Source: an uncultured Candidatus Saccharibacteria bacterium (GTDB taxonomy: Bacteria; Patescibacteriota; Saccharimonadia; Saccharimonadales; UBA10212). Taken from it: 61,474 nt of DNA. Where the stretch lies: positions 90,805 through 152,278 of the forward strand of contig CAZAAL010000003.1 of the NCBI GenBank assembly GCA_964483315.1, in the 5' to 3' direction. Below the pieces are notes generated by a model that did no database searches, was not told the origin of the DNA, and saw only the letters and a program-made list of their open reading frames with translations. This document shows, piece after piece, positions 1 to 8,775 of this stretch (the first letter of the stretch is position 1; the number at the start of each line of letters is the position of its first letter). Position numbers and translations under genes: made by a program.

Positions 1-440
1 GCTGGTTCTGGTGCTGGTGTTTCAGGTGCTGGCTCAGGTGCTGGTGTGGTACTTGGAGCACCGGCCGAACCATCAACTGGCACAAATTTTTTAGCAACAT
101 TTACAAAATCTTCAAGTGTAACTTGGGATTTTACCAAGTAATGAACCACCCCAAGACGCTTAGCTGTATCTTTGTCTTCTGCCATCGATAAGGCAGTCAT
201 CATGATAACAGGGATATCTTTTAAGTTTTGGTCTTGGCGCATCTTTTCAAGCATCTCAAAGCCACTTAATCTCGGCATCATCACATCGGATATTATTAAA
301 TCCGGCTTGTCGCGTCCGGCGATTTCAAGGGCTTCCATGCCATCAGCGGCCGACGAAGTATCGTAGCCTTCTGCCTTTAGACTGGTCTCATAGATTTCCC
401 TTAAATTGTTGTCGTCTTCTACTACTAGTACTTTTGCCAT
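1..440 (-). CDS. Response regulator receiver (REC) domain protein. The C-terminus runs off the left edge, and the visible tail is Pro/Ala-rich.
   Basis: Manual minus-strand translation from ATG (rc of cat at 438-440): MAKVLVVEDDNNLREIYETSLKAEGYDTSSAADGMEALEIAGRDKPDLIISDVMMPRLSGFEMLEKMRQDQNLKDIPVIMMTAL... This has the typical CheY-like DD...D...K pattern. It lies just downstream of the histidine kinase on the same strand. It is absent from the ORF track because no stop codon falls inside the window. Confidence 0.8.
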   Translation of the reverse strand, partial: MAKVLVVEDDNNLREIYETSLKAEGYDTSSAADGMEALEIAGRDKPDLIISDVMMPRLSGFEMLEKMRQDQNLKDIPVIMMTALSMAEDKDTAKRLGVVHYLVKSQVTLEDFVNVAKKFVPVDGSAGAPSTTPAPEPAPETPAPEP

Positions 441-482
441 AATTATGAAGCTTTAGCTTTATTAATTTTCATTTTAGCACGT

Positions 483-1844
483 TTAGTTTGGATTGCTACT
501 GTTAATTACTGCATCCGGTCTAATAACATTTGGGTTGTTCTCTTCCTCTTTTTTTAAGGCCTCAGCTCGTTCACTACTTAACCTTGGCAGAGCAATCGCA
601 AACGTACTACCCTTGCCTACTTCGCTTTCAGCCCAAACACGTCCATTATATAGCTCGACGATTCGTTTGCAGATATATAGGCCAAGTCCGGTACCGCCTA
701 TCGTGCGGGTTAAGCTGTTATCGACACGATAGAATTTTTGGAACAAGTGTGGCAGATCTTCGGCGGCAATACCTGGACCGGTGTCGGATATCTTTATAAC
801 CACGTTTTGAGCGTCACCGCTAAGGCTAACAGTTACGCCACCTTCTTGGGTGTATTTTACGGCGTTATCAAGCAGGTTTTGAATCACCTCACGCAGTCTA
901 TCTGGGTCAACATGCGAATAATATAAAGGTCGGAGCGTATTCGCGGCTAAAGTATTTTGATCGCCTACTACAAAATCCATGGTTAGTTGCTTCTTTTCAG
1001 CGTTAAATTTAGCAGCGTCAGTTGTCTGCTGTAGTAGTTCACCTATTTCTGTAACAACTGGGTAGCTTGATAAGCGTCCGTCCTCAGCCTTAGAACTTGT
1101 AAGTAGATTCTGGAATAGCATTCCAAGATGCTGAGCCGATGATCTGGCCTTTTCGAGGTAATTTTTGGTACTTTCAGCCAGTGTAACAGTCTTATCGTTT
1201 AAGGCCAGCCCTAAATAGCCATCTAAAGCAGCGATTGGCGTACGCATTTCGTGGCTTGCTGTACTAATAAAATCCGACCGTTGTTTTTCTTGTTCCTTTT
1301 CCTGGGTTATATCCCTAAATACTCCAACAACACCCAAAAGGTTTGATGAGGATTGGTCAATCAAAGGGGTTACATTTAAGGATATAGATACTCGCTTTGC
1401 TGAGCGACTAACAAGCACAGCATCGTTGTCGCGAATAGTTTGTTTTGACGCCATTGCCTTATCAAAAGGATTTGATCCATCAGGGTATGGCTGGCCTTTT
1501 ATATCAACTAATTGAACTACATTATGGTAGTCAATACCAGTTGCTTCGTCCTCGCCCCAGCCAGTAATTTTTGCTGCAGCAGTATTAAACGATTGAATGG
1601 CTTTTGAGGCATCAACTAAAACCACACCATCCTCAATTGCGCCCAATATTAATGATGATTTTTGCTGTTCATTTTGCAAGTTCTTAGATAGCATCAATTT
1701 TTCGTCTGGCTTTTTGCTTGGACCTGCTTTTGCTCTTTTTTTTGCAACAAACAACCATGCAAGCGATAGCGTTGCTATCAAAAAGAAGATGCCCCCGATT
1801 ATGTATGTAATGTTACTTTCCATTATAGTGCTTGTGCTTAGCAC
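483..1844 (-). CDS. Sensor histidine kinase (N-terminal TM, PAS-like domain, HisKA, HATPase_c)
   Basis: H-box STASHEMRTPI, N-box LLDNAVKYT, G1 DTGPGI and G2 GGTGLGL are present. There is one N-terminal TM helix. Confidence 0.9.
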   Translation of the reverse strand: MLSTSTIMESNITYIIGGIFFLIATLSLAWLFVAKKRAKAGPSKKPDEKLMLSKNLQNEQQKSSLILGAIEDGVVLVDASKAIQSFNTAAAKITGWGEDEATGIDYHNVVQLVDIKGQPYPDGSNPFDKAMASKQTIRDNDAVLVSRSAKRVSISLNVTPLIDQSSSNLLGVVGVFRDITQEKEQEKQRSDFISTASHEMRTPIAALDGYLGLALNDKTVTLAESTKNYLEKARSSAQHLGMLFQNLLTSSKAEDGRLSSYPVVTEIGELLQQTTDAAKFNAEKKQLTMDFVVGDQNTLAANTLRPLYYSHVDPDRLREVIQNLLDNAVKYTQEGGVTVSLSGDAQNVVIKISDTGPGIAAEDLPHLFQKFYRVDNSLTRTIGGTGLGLYICKRIVELYNGRVWAESEVGKGSTFAIALPRLSSERAEALKKEEENNPNVIRPDAVINSSNPN

Positions 1845-1858
1845 TAATTATCTGATTA

Positions 1859-2854
1859 TTATCTGTTTTTTGCAACAATTTTGGGCTTAGATGAATATCT
1901 GATGATGAGCGTCGTAGCAACTGCGACAATAATACTGCCAACGAAAATCGTAATCATCATCCTAGATAAACCTCCAAAGACGGCACTCGTTAGGGCGCTA
2001 ACAAAATCAGCTACTGTCTTATCTTGACTTAGCTTAACACGGCTAAAAACAAAGATTATTAGTGCTGTGAGCCCGCTTGATACTGCTAATCCAAATGCTA
2101 GCTTGCGAACCATTTTTAGCCGTCTGTTGGCAACTAATACAGCCAAACCGGCAAAGATAATACTTAAAATGAGGGCTGTTGTATCAACACTAACAAATTT
2201 TTTATAAGCTTGTCTGGCGTCACTAATGGCCTGAGCGTCAAGACTGATAACTCCTGATTCTTCACTCAGCTTAATTTCTTGACCTAAATTAAGCTCCTGC
2301 TTATTTACTAGATTAATCAGTTCTTGAAGTTGTGGTCCTACGCTAATTTTAGCAATCGAGTTATCCTCAGACTCAAGTGTTTTTATGATTTGGCTATGAG
2401 CTGTACTTACAAGTGAGACCCAAATTCTTCCAAACTGATCAGAGCTCATTACCCTATCAATAGTACTGTCAACCTTTTGATCTAACTGAGTTTCAAGAAC
2501 AGGGGTTATTTGAGCGCCTACTGGTGTTTTAAGCAGTTCGTTCGCTAGCTCAGTCTGGCTGACCTCTTCGTTAATTGTTTTACTAAGCTCACGACTAATA
2601 AGATTTTTTACTTCTTCTTTTTCAGCGAGTGGTCCGACAATTTCTACAAAATTATCAGTGTCAGTCAGGGTACGTTCTACCCAAAATGAAAAAATGGCTA
2701 TACTTGTTAAAAATAATGCCAGGCTAGCAAATGTAAAAGCCAAGCTTGCTCGCAGTTTGCTTGGTTTATCAGCGGATAGCTTAATAATTGGTTCAGATTT
2801 AGGCACCGGTTTAGTAGTGTTAGACTTAGTGGTTGCCATGATTAACATAAGCAT
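1859..2854 (-). CDS. Hypothetical integral membrane protein, paralogous in architecture to 40876..42099
   Basis: 331-aa ORF with an N-terminal TM, then the motif W-x-x-R-T-L-x-D-T-D-N-F, a helical soluble region and C-terminal TM helices. No family recognised. Confidence 0.6.
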   Translation of the reverse strand: MLMLIMATTKSNTTKPVPKSEPIIKLSADKPSKLRASLAFTFASLALFLTSIAIFSFWVERTLTDTDNFVEIVGPLAEKEEVKNLISRELSKTINEEVSQTELANELLKTPVGAQITPVLETQLDQKVDSTIDRVMSSDQFGRIWVSLVSTAHSQIIKTLESEDNSIAKISVGPQLQELINLVNKQELNLGQEIKLSEESGVISLDAQAISDARQAYKKFVSVDTTALILSIIFAGLAVLVANRRLKMVRKLAFGLAVSSGLTALIIFVFSRVKLSQDKTVADFVSALTSAVFGGLSRMMITIFVGSIIVAVATTLIIRYSSKPKIVAKNR

Positions 2855-2913
2855 AACAAGGATTTAAAAAAATTACACCTTTGGGGTAAATAATTGTAAA
2901 ATAATATAGCCTT

Positions 2914-2988
2914 GGCCCCATCGTCTAGCGGTTAGGACGCAAGGTTCTCATCCTTGTAACAGGGGTTCGATTCCCCTTGGGGTCACCA
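2914..2988 (+). tRNA. tRNA-Glu (anticodon CUC), CCA encoded
   Basis: Cloverleaf read by eye. Acceptor GGCCCCA/TGGGGTC, anticodon stem CAAGG/CCTTG with loop TTCTCAT (CTC), T-arm AGGGG-TTCGATT-CCCCT, discriminator A plus CCA. Confidence 0.9.
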
Positions 2989-2994
2989 AAAAAA

Positions 2995-4263
2995 TTATGG
3001 AACGTATTTTACGTCAGCTGGATTGTCGACAACAGTAACCCAGGTTTGCCCTGGGTTTAGTTTTATCTCGGCTCCAGCCGAATCCTTAAAGGCAAATTGA
3101 CTTTTGCTGTCGGTCTTTGACCATGTACCAGAGGTTACGTTGCCATCTTGAAAAACATACATCTGGCCTGAACCGGTTGTGCCGTACGCTGTACGCCAGC
3201 CATCATTGGCTTTCACCGTACTGAATGGCATCACGAGTGCAATCACTACCTTTGGGCTAAGTTGCCGTGGAGCAGGATCTTTTTGGCTAGTTACATCAAC
3301 ATGTGGCTTTCCTGCTTGGCTCCGTAAATAACTATTAGTTACTGGGTCATAGTCGTAATGAACATTGTAATAAAACCCCGAAACATTAAAGTCTATCGAT
3401 TTGGCGGTGGGAGTTGGAAGTTTTGACTCATTTTTTCTTGACCATGGTGTAAAGGTGCTGCTGTTAAAGCCCTTTGCAGAATTTAGAGCATTTAGTTTTT
3501 CAAAGCTGGTGTAAACATTATGAGGCGCATAACGTTCTGAAATACGCCAGTATGAACCAGCGTTAAAAAATTGGTCTAAATCTTTGTGGCCTGGGCTCCT
3601 TATAATATCTAGCGCATCCCTACTGCCACCAACATGAGCAACAGAAGCATCGAATGGGTCTATCCAATCAATGTAGTATGGCCTAAGACTACGGACTGGT
3701 CCGATATATGCCGGTTGGCTTTCTAAAAACAGGGTGGCAAATCTGGTTATTCCGCCTTCGGCAATAGCCTCAAAGATAATTCCGGCATCTCTTAGAGCAG
3801 ATTGAGGGCGGGCATCTGGGCTGTTTTCAATCATGATTGCAGTAACTGGTCTTTTAGCAAGCTCCGGGCTAATTTGTGTTCCAGTTAAAGGTGATGCCAC
3901 AGTTGTTGGTTTTGCAGGTTCGGTTTTTTTTACAGCTGTAACTTTTTTTGCAGGTTCGGTTTTCGGTTCTGGCTTAAAAACAAAATAATATGTCGCACTG
4001 GCACTTAAACTAATTAAAAGGAACAATCCTACCAATAAGATTATTTTTTTCTTTGTAAAGAAAGGTTTTTTTGGGTTAGGTTGATTTGGCACATTCTCAA
4101 TAGTTCCTTCGATTGGTACAGAAAGATTAGGTGAGGCATTTGGCTCACTTAAGCGTTGTTTAGCACCATCTGCAGAATGCCCGACTAACCTCTGTCCGCG
4201 CATCGGTTGACGGTTATTGGTAGTAGGTAATTTTGGTTCGGGTGGTTTTATGTCTTCAATCAT
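2995..4263 (-). CDS. DUF3048 (YerB-like) domain protein, membrane anchored
   Basis: PLTG...RPVTAIMIENSPDARPQSALRDAGIIFEAIAEGGITRFATLF...IGPVRSLRPYY matches the conserved DUF3048 core. There is an N-terminal tail plus a single TM. Confidence 0.8.
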   Translation of the reverse strand: MIEDIKPPEPKLPTTNNRQPMRGQRLVGHSADGAKQRLSEPNASPNLSVPIEGTIENVPNQPNPKKPFFTKKKIILLVGLFLLISLSASATYYFVFKPEPKTEPAKKVTAVKKTEPAKPTTVASPLTGTQISPELAKRPVTAIMIENSPDARPQSALRDAGIIFEAIAEGGITRFATLFLESQPAYIGPVRSLRPYYIDWIDPFDASVAHVGGSRDALDIIRSPGHKDLDQFFNAGSYWRISERYAPHNVYTSFEKLNALNSAKGFNSSTFTPWSRKNESKLPTPTAKSIDFNVSGFYYNVHYDYDPVTNSYLRSQAGKPHVDVTSQKDPAPRQLSPKVVIALVMPFSTVKANDGWRTAYGTTGSGQMYVFQDGNVTSGTWSKTDSKSQFAFKDSAGAEIKLNPGQTWVTVVDNPADVKYVP

Positions 4264-4342
4264 CGACCATTATATTGTAACAATGCTAAAGCTTTATCGC
4301 GAGATGGGATAGTTTGACTAAGACTGATAAAATATCAGTTAG

Positions 4343-5992
4343 ATGAGTGATGAGCTTAAAAAAATAATCAGTCAAAAATTAGCACCAGATGGTTGTATGC
4401 GTCGCGAAGAGGCAGAAGCCGGCTATCCACCGCGCAAGCTAGTTGATGGTGCACTGGTGACCCGTTTAGCGCCCAGTCCTACTGGGTTTGTGCACCTTGG
4501 GACAATCTATGCAGGCTTGGTTAATTATCGTTTAGCGCGCCAGAGCTCGGGGGTATTCTTTCTGAGGATTGAGGATACGGATAAATCAAGAGAGGTTGAA
4601 GGCGGGCGCGATATGATTATTGACGCACTAAAGACCTTTAATATCAGTTACGAAGAAGGTCCAGATAATGGTGGGATGTATGGACCGTATATTCAGAGCC
4701 AACGTGGCCCGCTATACATGAGCTATGCCCTATGGCTTTTAGAACAAGGACGGGCTTATCCATGCTTTGCCGATAAAGCTGAGCTAGAACAAATTCATAA
4801 AGAACAAATTGATCAAAAACTAAGACCAGGATATTACGGAAAATTTGCAGTCTGGCGTAACAAGTCGGATACCGAAATCAAATCTGCCCTAGAGGTTGGT
4901 AAGCCTTTTGTACTTAGATTTTTATCAGAAGGTGATCACTCAAAGCGTATAAAAATTAATGATGCCCTAAAGGGTCAAGTCGAACTACCTGAGAACGATT
5001 TGGATGTGCCACTGCTAAAGTCTGACGGACTACCAACTTATCATCTTGCCCATGTTGTTGATGATTTTTTAATGGGCACAAATTTAGTAATTCGTGGTGA
5101 CGAATGGCTTTCGAGCGCACCATTGCACATTGAACTTTGCACTGCACTGGGCATAGCACCATTCAATTACGGGCACCTTGCACCGATTTCGGTTTTAGAT
5201 AATGGGTCAAAACGTAAACTATCCAAGCGTAAAGATGAAAATGCCAACATTAAGTATTGGATTGATGCTGGCTATCCCCCAGAAGCAATTGAGGAGTATC
5301 TATTGCGCCTAATGAGTTCAAGTTATGAGGATTGGCGCAATGCTAATCCGCTAGCCAACAACCAGGATTTTAAGCTTGATATAAAAAAACTGGCAATGAG
5401 CCGGGGCCCATTGTTAGATGAAGCAAAGCTGGCAAATGTTAGTCGTGACTATATAGCATCAATCGAACAAGAAGAATATGAAAAACAAATTATCAACTGG
5501 ATCTCGCAGCATGATTTTGACTTCGCAAAAGTTCTCGCAGAGGATCCAGCCTACACTTCAAAAGTCTTAACTATCGAGCGCGATTCAGCCAACCGACGTA
5601 AAGATCTTGCTAAGTGGTCTGAGGCTAAACAAGTGTATTCTTACTTTTTTGATAGTATGTTTAATCCAATAAGCGCTCAGGCTATAGATCAGGAGCTGCC
5701 GGAGGTTCCGCTACTTGAACAAACCAATGTTTGCCTTGCCTTTTTGGAGGTTTATCACCCAAACGACGATCAACCAACCTGGTTGCAAAAACTAAGATCG
5801 GCTGCCATGTCGGCTGGCTATGCGCCTGATACCAAGACGTTTAACGGTGACCCATCAAAGTTCAAGGGTACTCTTGCTGATTTTGCCAAGATAATAAGAG
5901 TTAAGCTAACCGGGCGTAATCAGTCACCAGATCTATATTCAGTTATGCAGATAATGGGCCAACAAAGAGTCCGAGGCCGTCTACACAGCTAA
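4343..5992 (+). CDS. gltX: Glutamate--tRNA ligase
   Basis: Class I HIGH-type motif PSPTGFVHLGT and KMSKS-type motif KLSKRK. Overall GluRS-like N-terminal catalytic core. Confidence 0.9.
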   Translation: MSDELKKIISQKLAPDGCMRREEAEAGYPPRKLVDGALVTRLAPSPTGFVHLGTIYAGLVNYRLARQSSGVFFLRIEDTDKSREVEGGRDMIIDALKTFNISYEEGPDNGGMYGPYIQSQRGPLYMSYALWLLEQGRAYPCFADKAELEQIHKEQIDQKLRPGYYGKFAVWRNKSDTEIKSALEVGKPFVLRFLSEGDHSKRIKINDALKGQVELPENDLDVPLLKSDGLPTYHLAHVVDDFLMGTNLVIRGDEWLSSAPLHIELCTALGIAPFNYGHLAPISVLDNGSKRKLSKRKDENANIKYWIDAGYPPEAIEEYLLRLMSSSYEDWRNANPLANNQDFKLDIKKLAMSRGPLLDEAKLANVSRDYIASIEQEEYEKQIINWISQHDFDFAKVLAEDPAYTSKVLTIERDSANRRKDLAKWSEAKQVYSYFFDSMFNPISAQAIDQELPEVPLLEQTNVCLAFLEVYHPNDDQPTWLQKLRSAAMSAGYAPDTKTFNGDPSKFKGTLADFAKIIRVKLTGRNQSPDLYSVMQIMGQQRVRGRLHS

Positions 5993-6024
5993 AATTATCA
6001 CGCCAAGCAAAATTGATTTAATTG

Positions 6025-7173
6025 TCAAAGACTTGAGGCTATTTTAGTCAGTTGATCGACAGTTAGATTTGCCTTTTCGCCCTCAACGATATACCAAATT
6101 CCACCACTAACCCACGTTGCATTATTTTTATCGTATATGTACATTACTCGTCCAGCATTTGAGGTGTCTTGCTGGTAGTTTCGGTCTTCGTATTTAACAA
6201 AGTTACTAAGTAGAGTTTGCGAATCCCAGCTCGAGCCTTTTTGCTTAACTGTATATAGCCGATTGTCATTAGTATTGGACTGGTAACTAACTACGACTGT
6301 ACCAGGTGTAGTGTTAATAGATTCGAACGAAAAGCCAGACGGTTGATAATTTGGTAAACTCGCATCGATTCCAGCTCGTTGCGAAGCAACCCGCATAGCG
6401 AAGTTTGGTATATATTGGTAAGCAAAAAATCCAGCTATCAAAAATACAAACAATACCATCGCCATAGCGGACACTATTTTTGGCTTTGTAACTCGTTTTT
6501 TTGGCTTTTGTTCTTTATGAGCGGTGGCTACAGCTAGTGCCCTGTCGACTAGCTCATCAATATTGCCATGCGTTGAAGTTGCGACAGTCGAAGGTAAAAT
6601 GCTTGGCATTGGTTGAGTAGTAGGTTCAGCCTTTATTGAGTTAGTCATGACTTCGCCTTGCAAGGCTTTTGGCTCAGCCTGATTTATAGATGTTTTTGGC
6701 TGAAAAGTGCCGGCACTAAATTTAGCAATAAGTGTGCTCTTTGATATCGTTTTAGCTCGGCCGAGCCTTGATTCATCAACTTTTGAAATGTTGTGTGGCT
6801 GAGTTGTAGTTGTTATGGCTGGTTTTGGAACTTTTGACTTTGAATGGATTGGTTTAGGAGCAACCGGTTTTTTTTGGGCGCCACGGATTAAAGTGGTTGA
6901 TCTGCTCAGACGACTATGTACATTTTTTGCCGGTTGGGCATTTTTTGCCGGTGCTTGTTTAACAATAGAACCTTGCTTATAGGTCACAGAACTTGATTTA
7001 GCAGGTGTCGGGCTAGGCTTTGATACAGGACGTCTCACAACACCGTCCATAACCAATCCTTTTGGTGTAGCTTTATTTACTGCTTTAGCGGTTGCTTGAC
7101 CGGTAAGCAGTTTACCTGTTTTTGTATCGTATTTATTGCCGTTAATGTCTACTATGCTTGTATTTGGTGCCAC
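6025..7173 (-). CDS. Hypothetical single-pass membrane protein with a long basic low-complexity N-terminal region and a DUF4367-like C-terminal domain
   Basis: 382-aa ORF with a TM near residue 240 (VSAMAMVLFVFLIAGFFAY). The extracytoplasmic C-terminal domain resembles anti-sigma-associated DUF4367 by eye. Confidence 0.55.
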   Translation of the reverse strand: MAPNTSIVDINGNKYDTKTGKLLTGQATAKAVNKATPKGLVMDGVVRRPVSKPSPTPAKSSSVTYKQGSIVKQAPAKNAQPAKNVHSRLSRSTTLIRGAQKKPVAPKPIHSKSKVPKPAITTTTQPHNISKVDESRLGRAKTISKSTLIAKFSAGTFQPKTSINQAEPKALQGEVMTNSIKAEPTTQPMPSILPSTVATSTHGNIDELVDRALAVATAHKEQKPKKRVTKPKIVSAMAMVLFVFLIAGFFAYQYIPNFAMRVASQRAGIDASLPNYQPSGFSFESINTTPGTVVVSYQSNTNDNRLYTVKQKGSSWDSQTLLSNFVKYEDRNYQQDTSNAGRVMYIYDKNNATWVSGGIWYIVEGEKANLTVDQLTKIASSL

Positions 7174-7278
7174 TTATTACCCTCGAGTTTTGCTCATCAT
7201 ATACTACTCCCCCGGCGCGTTTTTTTCAATATCATGGCTTATTAAATAACCTATTGCTTAGTATAATAAGTGACATCA

Positions 7279-8775
7279 ATGGATTTTCTTGACCCCAAAA
7301 AAAAGCGCGCACATAGAATAAGGTTAATGATTGGCTACGTGCTAATGACTATAGTTGTTGCCATAGGCACTATTATTTTGGTGTACGAGGCATATGGCTT
7401 TGGCTACAATCGCGAAACTGGCGAAGTTGTCCAAAATGGTTTGGTGTTTGTTGATTCTGCACCAGTCAAGTCCGACATCTATATTAATGGCAAAAAACAA
7501 GATTCAGGGACCGATGCGCGGCTAGTTTTACCAGCAAATCAGTACAAGTTTGAGCTTAAGCGCGAGGGTTATTATGACTGGCAAAGGAGCTTGTTTCTAG
7601 AAGCCGGTAGCCTTGAACGATTAGTTTACCCGATGCTGATACCAAAAACCTTGACTCCAAAAACAAGTGACACACTTAACTCAGCCCTACCTTTTGCTTC
7701 ACAAAGCCCTGACAGGCGCTGGATATTGATTCAAACGGCATCGGCTCAGCCCACCACCCTAAGTTTTAATGAATATGACACGACCCTTAGACCAAACCCG
7801 CAAAAACGAACCATTAGCTTGCCGGTGGGTATTGTTAAAACGACAAGTGGCACATTAAAGGAGCTCGAATGGTCGACCGATAATCGACACCTGTTGGCAG
7901 AATATACTACCCCAACTAGCAAAGAATTTATTGTTGTAGATAGAGAGGATGCTACCAAATCCTTTAACATAAATAGCTTATTTAGCGTTACTCCGACAAC
8001 TGTGACTTTAAGGGATAAAAAAGCCGATCAGCTATACCTTTTACTCCCTGCTGAAAATTCTTTAGTTCAAGCTAATGTTGGGCAAAAGACGCTATCTGAA
8101 CCGCTCATAAAAAAAGTCCTAACTTTTAAGCCTTACGGAACAGATGTAGTAACATACATTACAGATAGTACGACCGCTGGAACGGTTAGGGCCGTGATAT
8201 GGGAAAAAGGACAAAACCACAATCTTCAATCATTACCTGCCGGCGAAGTTTATGTGGTTGATAGCGCTAGGTTCGATGGTGACTGGTATTTTGTGATTGG
8301 CTCTAATAAATTGGACAGAGTTATAATTTACAAAAACCCGCTCGATAGTATAAAAAATAGCCAAAAAAAATCAGCAATTCCGCTGCTGTCTTTGCCAATT
8401 TCAAATGTTCAGTCAGTTAGTTTTTCGGCTACGGCAAGGTTTATAAGTGCTCAGTCTGGTCAAAACTTTGCACTATACGATATTGAGGCCAAGGATACAT
8501 TTAAATATAGCCTTGATGCTCCACTTGCTGGCCCGATGCGCTGGATGGACGGCCACAGACTTATCGGTACAGCTAGTTCAAAAGTGATAATTATGGACTT
8601 TGATGGTATCAATCGCCATAGTCTAGTAGCCACTAACATGTCAAAGTCGGCATTTTTTGATCGAGACTATGAACAGATGTATGTCACAAATCAGGATAGT
8701 GCCGTCGCCACAAATATACTTTTGCAAAGGGTAAGTATGTTTTCTGAGGCGGATACTCCCAATAATCTAAAATAA
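7279..8775 (+). CDS. PEGA-domain membrane protein with a C-terminal beta-propeller-like region
   Basis: The ATG at 7279 (MDFLDPKKKR...) is preferred over the GTG at 7270. N-terminal TM. The PEGA-like segment is VFVDSAPVKSDIYINGKKQDSGTDARLVLPANQYKFELKREGYYDW. Confidence 0.7.
   Translation: MDFLDPKKKRAHRIRLMIGYVLMTIVVAIGTIILVYEAYGFGYNRETGEVVQNGLVFVDSAPVKSDIYINGKKQDSGTDARLVLPANQYKFELKREGYYDWQRSLFLEAGSLERLVYPMLIPKTLTPKTSDTLNSALPFASQSPDRRWILIQTASAQPTTLSFNEYDTTLRPNPQKRTISLPVGIVKTTSGTLKELEWSTDNRHLLAEYTTPTSKEFIVVDREDATKSFNINSLFSVTPTTVTLRDKKADQLYLLLPAENSLVQANVGQKTLSEPLIKKVLTFKPYGTDVVTYITDSTTAGTVRAVIWEKGQNHNLQSLPAGEVYVVDSARFDGDWYFVIGSNKLDRVIIYKNPLDSIKNSQKKSAIPLLSLPISNVQSVSFSATARFISAQSGQNFALYDIEAKDTFKYSLDAPLAGPMRWMDGHRLIGTASSKVIIMDFDGINRHSLVATNMSKSAFFDRDYEQMYVTNQDSAVATNILLQRVSMFSEADTPNNLK

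Noticed and set aside
172-366. 64-aa plus-strand ORF from the track
   Set aside because: It lies entirely antisense to a well-supported REC-domain reading frame (MAKVLVVEDD...), and its translation is low-complexity.
493-926. Three overlapping plus-strand ORFs (493..732, 530..799, 738..926)
   Set aside because: They are antisense to the histidine kinase gene, whose H/N/G1/G2 boxes confirm the minus-strand frame.
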